Below, one piece after another: positions 1 to 12,700 of a stretch of 64,000 nucleotides of DNA; positions within the stretch are counted from its first letter, which is position 1, and every line of letters starts with the position of its first letter. The stretch comes from Antedon mediterranea. Taxonomy: Eukaryota; Animalia; Echinodermata. The position numbers and the translations under genes are program-made. The stretch is taken from the NCBI RefSeq assembly GCF_964355755.1, contig NC_092675.1:24462912-24526911 (forward strand), read 5' to 3'. Under the pieces are notes generated by a model. The model ran no database searches. It was not told the DNA's origin and saw nothing but the letters and a program-made list of their open reading frames with translations.

Positions 1-195
1 TTCTTTTGATTATAGATACCTGAAATAACATTAGTTAGGAGTTGAATGGAATACAAAGATTATAAAGTGTTATTAAAAGTCATAATATATTATATATTTA
101 TATATAATTATAGATAAAATTATTATATTTTTCTATGTCTTCTACTTCCAGTTCCTTTATTAAATCATGGTATGAGGAAATCTGTGATAATATAT

Positions 196-785
196 CAATC
201 AATCAATCAGATTTATATATCGCCAGTATCCATAATAATGTTCAAAGGCGCTTGACAAAGTTAAGCAGAAAATGCCTCTGTGTAAAAATGGGTTTTTAGT
301 CGTGTTTTGAAAGTGTTGATGTTTTCAGATGTCTTTATGTCGATTGGCAGTTTATTCCACAAAATGGGTGCTGCACAGGAAAATGCACGATGGCCTCCAT
401 ATGTCTGAAGTTTCCATTTAGGAACATGAAGGAGAAGTTTATTAGATGAACGCAGTGTACGAGACTAAGTGTAAAGTACAAGAAGATCAGCAATATACTG
501 AGGTGCAAGTCCATTTAGAGCTTTGTATGTAATGAAAAGCAGTTTGAATTTAATACGGAATTGAACGGGCAGCCAATGCAAGTTCCGAAGTACTGGTGTG
601 ATGTGTTCATGTTTTCTAGTACTGTACGAGTGATGATCAGATTCTGGCAGCAGTGTTCTGAGCACGCTGAAAAAGAGATACCGTATGAATCCGGTAGGTA
701 GTCCAAACAAGAGTGCGTTTCCATAGTCGAATTTAGCAGAGAGTACAGCGTAGATTATGGTTTTACATGATTCCGGAGATAAATA
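196..785 (-). mobile_element. 5'-truncated, degenerate L2/CR1-group LINE (RT C-terminus and 3' end)
   Basis: Minus-strand translation gives YLSPESCKTIIYAVLSAKFDYGNALLFGLP and HITPVLRNLHWLPVQFRIKFKLLFITYKALNGLAPQYIADLL, typical of L2 ORF2 C-termini. Frameshifted; ends in a (TTGA)n tail (caatcaatcaatca, 196-209). Confidence 0.85.
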
Positions 786-2741
786 TATTATATATACAGT
801 ATAAATAGCGACTTAGTAGTAGTAGTAGTAGTAGTTTAGTAGTAGTTAAACCGAATATAGGAAAAGGTACATACAAATGATTTCTCTAGAAATCAACATA
901 CATCTTAATTTGTATATTGTTGCTTTTTGCGAAAGTTTCGGGTTTTTTCTAAAAAGAAAATTAAACCACACCCTAGCAGATCAGATGGTGATTGTTGTTT
1001 TTGTCTACAGTATATTTTTTTATGACGATGGTTCTGACCTCGCATTGACCTGGGTTGCATGAGGTATCCTCCACGAGTGCGGTCTCCCAACATGGTCGTC
1101 TTTGACATTTTTGTGATACAAGGAGAGAATAGCTATACTTTTCTTTAACCACGGTGTTAAATTAAAATACAGTATATATTTTTATAATATTTCTATAATA
1201 AAAGATAATTTAAATGTATGTGATTTCTTTTAAATGTCAATAAACTGAAAACTTTGAGCTAATACAAACAAGATACTGTACATAAAATTGGAATTGCAAG
1301 ATATCTAAAAACCAATAAAAAGTACAGAAAAGCAAACATTTAGAATTCGAAATTGCGACGTACGACGAGAGAAATTAAACTAAAAGATTAGAACTATAAC
1401 CACTAGAGGTGTGTATTATCATCATTCTAAAGATTTACTTCTTTCTGATCATCAAATATTCGATGACACGCGAACTTCCACATAATAAAATCTATATTTT
1501 TTTCGGACATACAGGTTTTTCTCTTTTCATAAGCTTTACATAAATAGGTTGCAAAAGACTAAATTTTTTGGGTTTCATTGTTTACAAACATATTTTTTAA
1601 CATGTATACATTTAAATCAGAGATACATTTTTTTCTTAATGTTTTTATAAAAAGGACAATAAAAAGAAAATGTTTTTCATCTTCTAAACTTAATTGATCA
1701 CAAAACATACATATTCTAGATTATCGGTTAATTTTTAAATGTCGTCCCTTTTCAATGAACAGATTATGGCACGATAATCTAAAGCGTGATATTAGTGTTC
1801 TATACTTAAAATTTAAATCATAAAAAACTCATCGTAAAAATGGTCAAACTTATTATTTTTATAAAAATTAAGACGTGTATTATTACTAATAACAAGACAA
1901 GAATTGAATATCGTATAAAGCTAAACTTATATTGTTTTAAACATAAATCCAAGGCTCGGGCGTGGCACTTGGCTACTCAACTTCTTCACAAGATTGTGTC
2001 AGAGTTGAACATTATGTCATCACATGTCTTCTGCATTATGAGGTATCGCCGTTTAAACTAGTTATGGATGTACACAACTGACAGTACACACAGGGAGTGG
2101 CTCGCAGATGTGAAATATATTTAAAACTTCGCTGAGACTCAATGTACCATAATTTCAACAATTAACTGTACCTTGGGCTACTTTATTGTTCAATATTAAG
2201 GAAAATTATAAAATACGAATTGAATTATCGTTAAAATAAACATTTTTTTGCAAAAAAAAGAAAACAATTTTACATCTTTTTTCCTAAGCTAACATGGAAA
2301 ATGAACCATCACAAATTGATAATTAATATAATAATAAAAGGAAATTGAACGAAATATAATTTATTGAAATAAAAAACAACTATTAACTTACTGTAAACCT
2401 GATAAGAAATCCGAGGTTTCGAACGAGTTAAAGCGGCAGGAGAAGTGATGGAAGTATTGTAGCATGAGCAAAGCGATGCTGGTTATGCTAATCATGACCT
2501 TGTAGCAAACCGGCCAATAGAAACAACTGAAGACAAAATGATGAATGCACTCTCGGGATTGGATCAATTCCTAATCGGACGGCCAAGAAAGGTAATACTG
2601 TACTTACTGTAAATCATGTTGATTTTAAGAAAGGTGGTGTCTGGTACCAACCTGCTCACCATCTACGGTCAACGCGGATTTTTGTATACTGCGGTGTCAT
2701 CAGGTACCAACCAAGAACAAGACATGAAAATACATACAAAA

Positions 2742-2926
2742 TCCGTTTCATGAAGGTTACATATTGTTTAACAATCAGAAAGATAATTATGTTGAGCAAA
2801 AGTAAGTTTACTGTACATCATTAGTCTTAAAAATAATAAATTAAAGTCTAATAATGTATAGTAAACTTACTTTTACACAACAGATCTTTCGGATTGTTAA
2901 CAATTTTTAAACCTACATGAATGGAA
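2742..2926. repeat. Degenerate palindromic MITE-like hairpin
   Basis: Arms such as aaaagtaagtttactgtacatcattag / ctaataatgtatagtaaacttactttt and aacaatcagaaagat / atctttcggattgtt are reverse complements. Confidence 0.65.
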
Positions 2927-5900
2927 TGAACAAAGTGTAAATGTTTGTTTCTGATTAAGTTCACCAAAATTGGAAATCAAGAAGTTGATTAATTAGCATA
3001 AATAATAAAGGCCGCCATTTAGGCCTACCAGTTTCTTCATGATTTAACATAGGCATACATCCACATTATAACTGGGCATGCATCAAAAATATTCTGGAGA
3101 CCTTGGAAAGATTACACAGTTTCCAATTCAAAGTTAATCCTTACCGAAAATTAATGATAGGACGTGGCAATATCCGATCTTCTATTTTTTTACTGATTGT
3201 TTATCCTGGCCCCGATCCTGGCCTGGACAGAAGATTGCTTGGCTGAATATTTAGAAAATAATCTTCATCACTTTGTTTCTTTGAAAAGGCAGAGCTTACG
3301 ATTCTAAATAATCTGGAATTGTTTCATCATAACAGTTCCGTTTCTGTCTATAATAATAATAAAATAATAATTTATTTTAACAGGGAAAAGCTTTATCACC
3401 ACAAAGGTGTTCTTCTACAAGGAAGAGCAAGAAAATAAACGAGTTTAAAAACTATATAATACCAATATAACTAACTTATTGTATAAGAATATTCGTTGAT
3501 ATTCGTATGATCATACCGTATGAACGCAGTAAGCCACAGTACCGAGCTTTGAAATTATAATTACAATCATTAGTAAATTATATAAATTACATGTCCTTGA
3601 ACTTGTAGTAAAAGTCATCAACAGTGGTAGTGTACCGTACAAACCTATTTCTCCATGACCGTACGCAACATTACAATACCGGGTACAATGCATACACTTT
3701 TATTATGTAGATTGTGTAAATACGATTAAGATTAATAGAAGCATGTTCTAAACTATATTTGATGGTGCTCAGCTTATATTTGTTCTATTGAATCAATGTT
3801 ATCTTTTTCTTCGATTTTTTTCTCTTTCACAATGCAAGGATTTGAAAATAAATGTCATAAAAAATCTATCCATCTATTTTAAGAAAGTATCAGACCGCGC
3901 TATTTAAAACATCATTTTTAGAACATGTTTCTTCTCTTCATAATTTATTGGAATAATTTAATTTAATTTTCATCAAAATATGTATTAATTGCAAATAAAA
4001 ATAGCTACATTGCTGCTCAATTTGTTTTTGGATTTTTTTCCCATTTGTTTTTGGTATTTTTAGCTTAACATTGTGTTTTGTCGTGTAGCGTGATGCCCAC
4101 AATGTAGTTTTTTTATTTCTTGTTTTTCTCTATTATTTCTTGCATCGCACACGTGGATGTGTGCCACTGTTACCAAATTGGAATTTCCTAATAAACATTA
4201 TTATAGCAGATGTATCGGAAGTTTGTAGATCGTGCAGGAAACTCTCACTTTCGTTTTAATTTAACACCAAGGCTCAAAGCTGGGTACTGTATAACCATGG
4301 AGCTATAAGTATTAAGTAACAGTTGATATATTCAACATCCATGGTTGAAGCATGAAGAATTTCTTTCTTTATGGTTAAAGCACTGTGAGGGTGAGCGCGG
4401 ATGTGAACCAAAGTCAACAATTTCCATTTTGATTTCCAAACGATATAATTTGGTTATGATGCGAGTTTGTTGCACAATTGATTTATTCAATAATATGGCA
4501 ATGTATCGTTTCTACATTGATGAAAATAAGTCGCAGTTTCAGAAACCGTTTTATATATGTAGATCGCGAAAATTTTAAATTTTAAACATGATTCTTTTTT
4601 TGTGAACCCATTTCTGCAGTCAAGAAAATACCGGGTTTGGGTTTTTTTGTTGTCAAAACACGGTATTAATACCGCTCAACTGAAACAGGCCCGTCATCAG
4701 AGAAATGCTTCTTCTCATGTGTGGCAATTATAATCTGTATTAATCTTCTCACTTTGGATGTTGGGGGAAAAAAACAAAAACGTCTCTGCCGGATTGATTA
4801 TTGACTTATGACTAATGCGTGGTTTGAAATTGATGCAAACGTAGAAACAAACATGTTTATTGCCTAGGCGTCTTTTCGGGCACTGCGTGTTACAATCGCA
4901 AATGTAGAAATCGCCACAGGTAAAATAGATATATATTCATGTATAACGTATAGGCCTAGGTCTCTGTAAACTTTGAACTCCAAATAAGCAGAGGAGAAAG
5001 AAAGAAGAATAAGGAAGACAAATATCCGTCCTGTGTAGAGGTAATTATTACCTCCGCGGTAATAGCGTATCATATTGCGCGCCAGGCCTATCACATTTTG
5101 AACGTCACACACTTTTGTGATGTAATGTCATTGAAAGGTACCGTACCACCTGGTTGCATGTCACGGAATCGCCGATCACGAAATTCTGCTTGAGCCTGAG
5201 GGTAGGAGGAAATCATAGGTTTAAAGCTTTATATATTGCATTATTTTGGATGTACTAATAATTCAGAAATACTAATGTTTAGAACTTATTTGTAAAAATA
5301 TTATCTGAAGATTTGCTAGACCTACATTTATTTATTGTTTTTTTTTTAAAGGGAAGAAGAGAAATGTAACATTAAAGGTCAGATCTATCAGAATATCCAA
5401 TTCAATTCTTAATTAATATTTCCATGAAGTAAACTACAACAATTACAAAAACACATTTCCATGTCATTATTTTTATTTCATTTATAGCCAACATAAATTA
5501 TTCGAGACATTACATTATTTTAACACTCTTCTTCATTATTTATTTTTCCAAAATAAAAGGCAGGCAAGCTTCTACGTGATAGTGATATAGTTTCCTAATG
5601 TTTTCGTCCTCTTGAATATAACTGGCGAAAGGCGCGGCGGGAAAATATGCGTGAAACGTCGACTGTGACCTTTCCATTACAAAATCCACTAATTGGCATA
5701 AATTTGGAACCACGATGTATGATGTGTACATACAGTAAGAATGCACCCATTTAGAACAAAATAATGAATCATAAGTATTTTAGGTTAATAAAAACAATAA
5801 AAACAACAAAAACAGAAAGTATAAGTACCATGAAGTAAAGAACAAAATAAAGTGAAAATGTGTTGTTTAATAATATATACTGTACTGTATATATTAATGT

Positions 5901-6124
5901 AAAATCTGTGAAATAGTATACATATAAAAACCTTGAAAATATTCTGAGAAAGTGGTGTCGACTTTCAATAAATATGATGACCCAGTTATGCAATCACCCT
6001 ACAAACTGTATAAAAATTAGTAACCTTTCCTTAACATTTGTACATGTACCTGGTTCATGGTTTGTATTTTAAAGTTAAACTAATTTGTATTTGAGGTCCG
6101 GGGGAGGGGGACGGGGGTTTGTGT

Positions 6125-6582
6125 TAGTGGTGTGGATAATTGTTTTTCCCACTAAATCATAATATCTATATTACGCCAGCCTCATTAGAAATTATGTTAC
6201 AAATAAATACACCAGAATGACTTAAATATTAAAAATAGATTATGAATTTATGAATGGTAATAGGAAAAAATAATAAAAATGATAGATTGCACATTAAATG
6301 CAGAAAAAAAATGTTAAATAGTTTATGGATGATGAGTAATGGATACTGATAATAGTGGTGTGGATAATTGTTTTTCCCACTAAATCATAATATCTATATT
6401 ACGCCAGCCTCATTAGAAATTATGTTACAAATAAATACACCAGAATGACTTAAATATTAAAAATAGATTATGAATTTATGAATGGTAATAGGAAAAAATA
6501 ATAAAAATGATAGATTGCACATTAAATGCAGAAAAAAAATGTTAAATAGTTTATGGATGATGAGTAATGGATACTGATAATA
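6125..6582. repeat. Near-perfect 228-bp tandem duplication downstream of the CCDC112 stop (probable 3' UTR)
   Basis: tagtggtgtggataattgtttttcccactaaatc...ggatactgataa starts at 6125 and again at 6353. Confidence 0.95.
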
Positions 6583-6700
6583 CAAACTGGCGAATATGTG
6601 CAGTAATATTGACACTATGTCATGCAATCCCTCAGTTATTTGATTTTCTCGTAGAAGTCCTGCTTAAAATAAGTAATGACGTCACTTGAAATACGAATTA

Positions 6701-9700
6701 TCATAATCCACTTCTCCACGATGGTACAGCTCTAAAATAAGGAATCAATAATTATCTAGCATTACTATCATGTTATCAGGAGTAGTCAAATGGAACTTTT
6801 GTTCACTTTAGCATAATTATAATAATTTTCTCATCTTTATAATTTCATATTATAAGATTATCAGTATTGATGTTCTTTTGTTAATGTTAGTACACTGATT
6901 TACACAAAACTGTAGTACAAATGACTTTAATGCTTATGTCAATAATCTCTTCTTACACCCTTGATAGTAAACAGAAAAAGGACAAGAGCAAAAATAATGG
7001 AAGCATCATAATAGTAAGAAGGTTTGTCATGACTACTCTGTATTCTGTTATCCAGTAGGCAATACATTCATGTCATTAGAACATTCATGAGTTCTCATTG
7101 GTGTAACATTTTTTCACATCACAAAAAAACAAAAAAGTAGTTAAAAATGTAATTACAAAATTCAAAGTTAAGTTTCTGATTTTAAGTATAGTCTAGTATG
7201 TCAATTGATGTAAAATTAAGAATGTTTATCCATCAGTATTATCAAAATGAGAATACACAGTTGCACTAATCATGGAGTAAAGAATCTGATTCAAACCATG
7301 GAGGTATAAAATATTATTTTATACCTCCATGTTCAAACCATACTTCCCTACTTCCACAATCGGACCTACATCAGAGTTGGTGAAAATTGGTTTTTAAGAT
7401 ATTGTAGGTTGGTTTTGTGGAAGTTGCTTATATTGTTAATTTTCTGGTGTGTAATTTTTTTTCTTCTTGTTTTGTTTTGTATGATTTGTATAATGGATGT
7501 ACTATGCGAAATAAAGAAATCCATGAATGAATAAATCATTCAATCACAACCTTTTCTTAGTGCACTTGCTTTAAAATGTATAGCAATTAAAATATGATGT
7601 AACAACCTGTGAGGTATGTGAAGGACCTGTGCATTGCCTGATGGTCCAGAATCCTTGGTACGCTCCTTCCATCCCTTAGTCATGCGGTAGAGACGTGTGG
7701 GATCCCTTTCAACATTAACTGCAACCTTAAAGCAAGGAAATAGGAGTAATCAGATTATTGATAGATTTACAACAAGTCTCAAGTTATTGTTTTTTACAGC
7801 ACTACCAGCAGGCTTTTAAATTCCAGCTCAAGTATCAGAATAAGATGCTATGTATGTCAAAATATAAGCTGCATCAATATGATAATTTATTAATAGCATG
7901 TTGCAAAATATGTAAATTACTTACTGTTTCTTTTAACCTATGTAACCTCTCCTCTTTTTCTTTGGCTGCTATCTGTTTTTGTTTATCCTTAATTATTTTC
8001 TTGTTAATGTTATCTTGGTCACGTTCTTGAAATCGTTGTATCTCTAACTGACCAAAACGTCTCTTTTCAGCTTGTTCCCTTTCTTTTTGTAATTCATTTT
8101 CAACATTCTGTTGTTCTTCCATTTCGCGTTTACTTTGAATATAAGATTCCACCTTAGATCTTACTTGAATCTATAAGTAAGTCACAAGATATTATGTAAT
8201 TCCACTAAATTTTCAATTTTTTATAATTATGATTAATAACTGTGTGAATAAATTACCCTCAATTTCTTTGCTGCAGAACCAAGACAAATCGATTTAATAA
8301 AGGTTGTTAAATGGCAGTGCGAAAAAAATGGTTAAAAATACCCATTGCGGGATAGGACGCCATTTGACAGTTATAGCTGTGCATTTTTTAGCTGCAACAT
8401 GGTTATTTCATTGACTGCTATTGAGCTTATCTTAAGCCAACCGAATTGACTTTCTATGCGCATTTCACTTTGGCCAACAATATCCATTGACTACCACCCA
8501 TTCATTTGAACGGTTATTTGGGAGCAAAAATTAGCAGAAATGCAATCAATATAAAAATTATATTTGACATTTTTCTTTAAATAAACGGTATGCAGCAGAA
8601 ACAGACCCAATAATAAGATGCTGAACTTTATGTAACCAAGAAAGTCAATATTATTGATTTGGTGAACATACTGTATTCTAGAACTGGTCTTATACAGTAT
8701 ATGAAGTATACACTGTTGCACTATTGTGACCTTTTAAAAAATTACCAGTAACACCACATAAAGATCATATTTTTTTAAAAGGTTGAGATTGAGTAATAAA
8801 GCTACAGTCAACAAAAAGGAAAAAGTACATTGTGCTTCATGAAATCTGTCTTATTATGTATGTGTCCTGTCATTGCCATGTTTTTATTGTTATACAGTAT
8901 ATAGTAGTTCTTTATATAAATATGTTTGTGTTTGTATATAAGTACAGTCACATTACCGAGCATTGCTGTTTTGGTTTTTTGAAAATAAATGTAAATAAGT
9001 GGATTAGTCTAGGTTTTAGACTCTGTACTAAGAAGATAAATAATTTTGGCACATTTTAGATAAAAATTTAAAAGCGAACTGATGGAGTAAAACATAAAAA
9101 ATAAAATAACTAGACTTAGGGCAAGTCTATAAGCACATAATCAAAACAGAAAAGTAAAGTATATTTACAATAAAGACAATAAATGACATACAGTAGGCCT
9201 ACTTGAGTGGGAGAAAACAGTCAAAAGGAAGCGGAAAGGGCAGAAGGATATCTAAATTAGTCTTGAAAATTCTAAACCGTTTTGGGTGTCACAAAGGAGG
9301 GGTTCTACAATAGTAAATAACATTTAAATAACGTTTTAATTTTATCATTGTTATTTTGTCAAAAAAACTGCTTTAGAATCTGCATATGCCACCAAGTCTT
9401 GGTGGCATATGCAGATTCTAAAGTATGTAATTACCATGCACTGTTAATAAGAACAATTATTGGTTGAAATAGTAAACAACTAAAAACAATTTTTGAGATT
9501 GGGACAACTTGTTATAAGAACAAAAAAGTAGTCTAGTCATATCATGCTTGTCTGTTCAGTTTATATATTATAATAAAATATGAACATTTAACCCTAGGAA
9601 TGTACTGGTGGTTTATAATGGAGAAAAAAAGAAGAGGGTTGTATTACCATACCGTACTGTAACTGCTTAAGGGCCTGTTTCTGCTAAAAACTGTTAATTT

Positions 9701-12700
9701 AAAAAAATATAACTTTTTATATCTGTCGATCGAAACATGCAAATGCAAGGTGGCCAAATGTTTAAGATTCTACAGTTACTATAGACCCACGTCATTGCAG
9801 TATATTAAATAAATGTTTGTTTGCATTGCAGCAAAGAGGTGGGTGTTTTTAACTGTTGTGAGAATACATTTCAAACAGTTATTGAAAAAGTATCCTGTTT
9901 CTGCTGCTGCCAAGAAATTATGGTTAAATTTGGTTATAATTAATCCTTATTTTTCACAGCAGAAACTGCAGGTCCATTGTTTTGTTTAGGAAATGTCTAC
10001 ACACACAAGGGACATTAGTAATACAATTGTTTCAGAGCATGTGACCTTCAGCTTTCCTTAGGACTACTTTTCCCCAAGGCATGGAAGCTGTCAGGATTAT
10101 TATGAGATAACATATGGGATGTGTTCCTGCCTGCATGCTGCAAAATCAATGGGTCATCATTGATGAAAATGTCATCATTACATTACCAAATTAAAACAAA
10201 CATAGTCTATTTACATATATACATATTTACAGGCATTCTACTGAATATTATCTATAAATTAATTTAGTTTGTGTTTCTCTTCTAAAATGTGTAATTCACA
10301 GGTTTCATATCAGAATACTGTCAATATTTTGAGAACATTACCTAACTGATCAGAAAATGGAGGTTATAATTTATTTATGTCATGTGACCAATGTTGACAA
10401 TACACTGTATGATTTCTATGGCAAAGCTGATTGACTAAACAAGATAAAAACATGGTTGTTGATGTGATTATCACAGTTCAATAGTTTGATTGACCAAAAT
10501 ATAAATTACATTTTGTGACGCTCAGATTTTATAGTTTGTAGTAAAATCCATGATTCAATAACTATTACGGTATTTGTATTCATTCTGTTTTAATGCGTTA
10601 ATCATGTAACCTTTAAATAGTTTGTTATTTGCTATTAACAGTTTGATATCATATATTTAATTAATTTTTTCGACATTATTGTTATTGTTGTATTTTTTAT
10701 ATTGAAGGATGCACCTTTGTATTATTAATTATTAAGTGTGGCAACGATGTAACAATGTAAATCCAAATAAATAAACATGGTATTAATAATACAGTAATAT
10801 AAAAAACCTCTGCAATAATAAACACAACTCATCTGCTGAAGCCACAAAGTACAAGTTACATACATAATGATTACATACAGTATTTGCGAATGCTGCAATA
10901 ATGTTCACGTTTTATTGTATTTATATGCCAAGTTGCAATTCTTCTTGGATGTATTTAACTCCATTTCCATACATCCTAATTAGGCAGGATGTCTCTGTCT
11001 GATATTTTGACTATTTTCCTTCACTCAATGTATGTTTTCAATTATGCATCATTGATGATGAAGAGATTGTACCTAGTTGACCTTGCCATTTACTTGGCAG
11101 TGTGTAAATTGTATAGCAATGACATCATTGTTGACCATTCAGAGAGTAGAGGGTTGTAATTGGTAAATGAGAAGGTTGTAATTGGTAAATGAGAAGTGTG
11201 TAATTGAGAAGGTTAACTTATAATCATGGCAGAATTATCAAAGACCGTGTTCGTACGGCGATTGAAATACACGTTTATTTGGTTTTTACCCTTGGGGTAA
11301 AACCCACTCCATGGTATACTATATAATAAAACAGGTTATATTATAATATGATATTAACCAATTCTTTTAAGCTAAACAAAATATAAAATCAATAAATTAT
11401 TACTAAGATAAATAGATGGAAATTAATATTAATTAAATACCTGCATGAAATTAATAAAAAAAAAAGTATATGACCAAGAATAGGAAAACTATACGCATGT
11501 ACCTGTCTCAAGCGTTCTTTTTCCTTTTCTTTATCCCTCTTCATTTCCTGTTGCAGTTTTGTCTCTTCTTCCACAGCTTTTTCTAATTCCTTTTGAGCCT
11601 AAATTTAGAAAAATATACATGAATACAGACAATACAATGTTAAATCATTGTGTGCATGTGGTTGGGATGTTCTTCCTCACTATATTTGGTGGTTCCTAGG
11701 CCGCAATGCACAACACCACATCAATGCATGGGTGCAGGTCAAGTCGGCCCTAAACCGTCTCGGCCAAAGTCAAGTCGGCCCCACGTCAACTCGGCCTCAA
11801 GTCAACTCGGCCTCAAGTCAACTCGGCCTCACGTCAACTCGGCCAAAAACTAATCGGTTAACTCGGCCACAATAAAGTATGGAACGCAAAAAGTGCTTAA
11901 TATTATTATGATTCTTACTATCCACGCTTTAAAAAAAATAAAGAAATAAAAAAAATAATATAATTAAATAATATATAAAAAAATGAACTCATTGCCGATA
12001 TGAATATAAGTACCTGCATGTTATAAAAACACGTGCAGGTACCGCATTTTAGTAAATCGAAGACAACATTTGGCCATAGAAAAAATGATCGTACATATCG
12101 TTTTTGTCCATGATTTGCGTTTTTAAAAAAGGGGAATCCCCCGGTCAGTGAAAACACGTAGCAGTTGTAGATCGAAAAAGCTGCCAAAGGCGCAGGGAGG
12201 CGCGCGCAGCTACGAATTGTTTTCAATTGTGCAATTTGAAATTTTATTAAACGTAAATAAAGGAAAGTTGGTGAAATCATTCCTATTTTTTTTGCTAAAT
12301 ATATTATTGTCTAAATATTAATATTCATTAAAAGTCAGAATTATTTATAGTTAAAAAATTGTGAAGAAATATTATTCTATCAATCCCCTTCATTTGCACT
12401 TTTTGCGTTCCATACTTTAACGGGGCCGAGTTGACCGATTATTTTTTGACCGAGTTGACGTGAGGCCGAGTTGACTTGAGGCCGAGTTGACTTGAGGCCG
12501 ACTTGACTTGGGGCCGACTTGACTTGGGGCCGACTTGACTTTGGCCGAGACGGTTTAGGGCCGACTTGGATCGAAATCCAATGCATAGGTCAAATCAATA
12601 GCTCCCTATTACATGTCCAAGGCATTTGGCAAACTGGATTCAGCAAATTGGTTGGGTATATTAGTAGTGAAACAAAATATTTTGACTGTTATAAGAAAAT

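Noticed and set aside
2463-2591. Plus-strand exon-like frame HEQSDAG...LSGLDQFLIGRPRK followed by gtaata
   Set aside because: Weak acceptor, no partner exons found, and no recognisable homology.
11738-11875. Regularly spaced short repeats resembling a CRISPR array, and ORFs 11648/11650/12380
   Set aside because: Units are directly tandem with no unique spacers, mirror-imaged at 12420-12568, in eukaryotic intron context with no cas genes. The ORFs are translations of the repeat.
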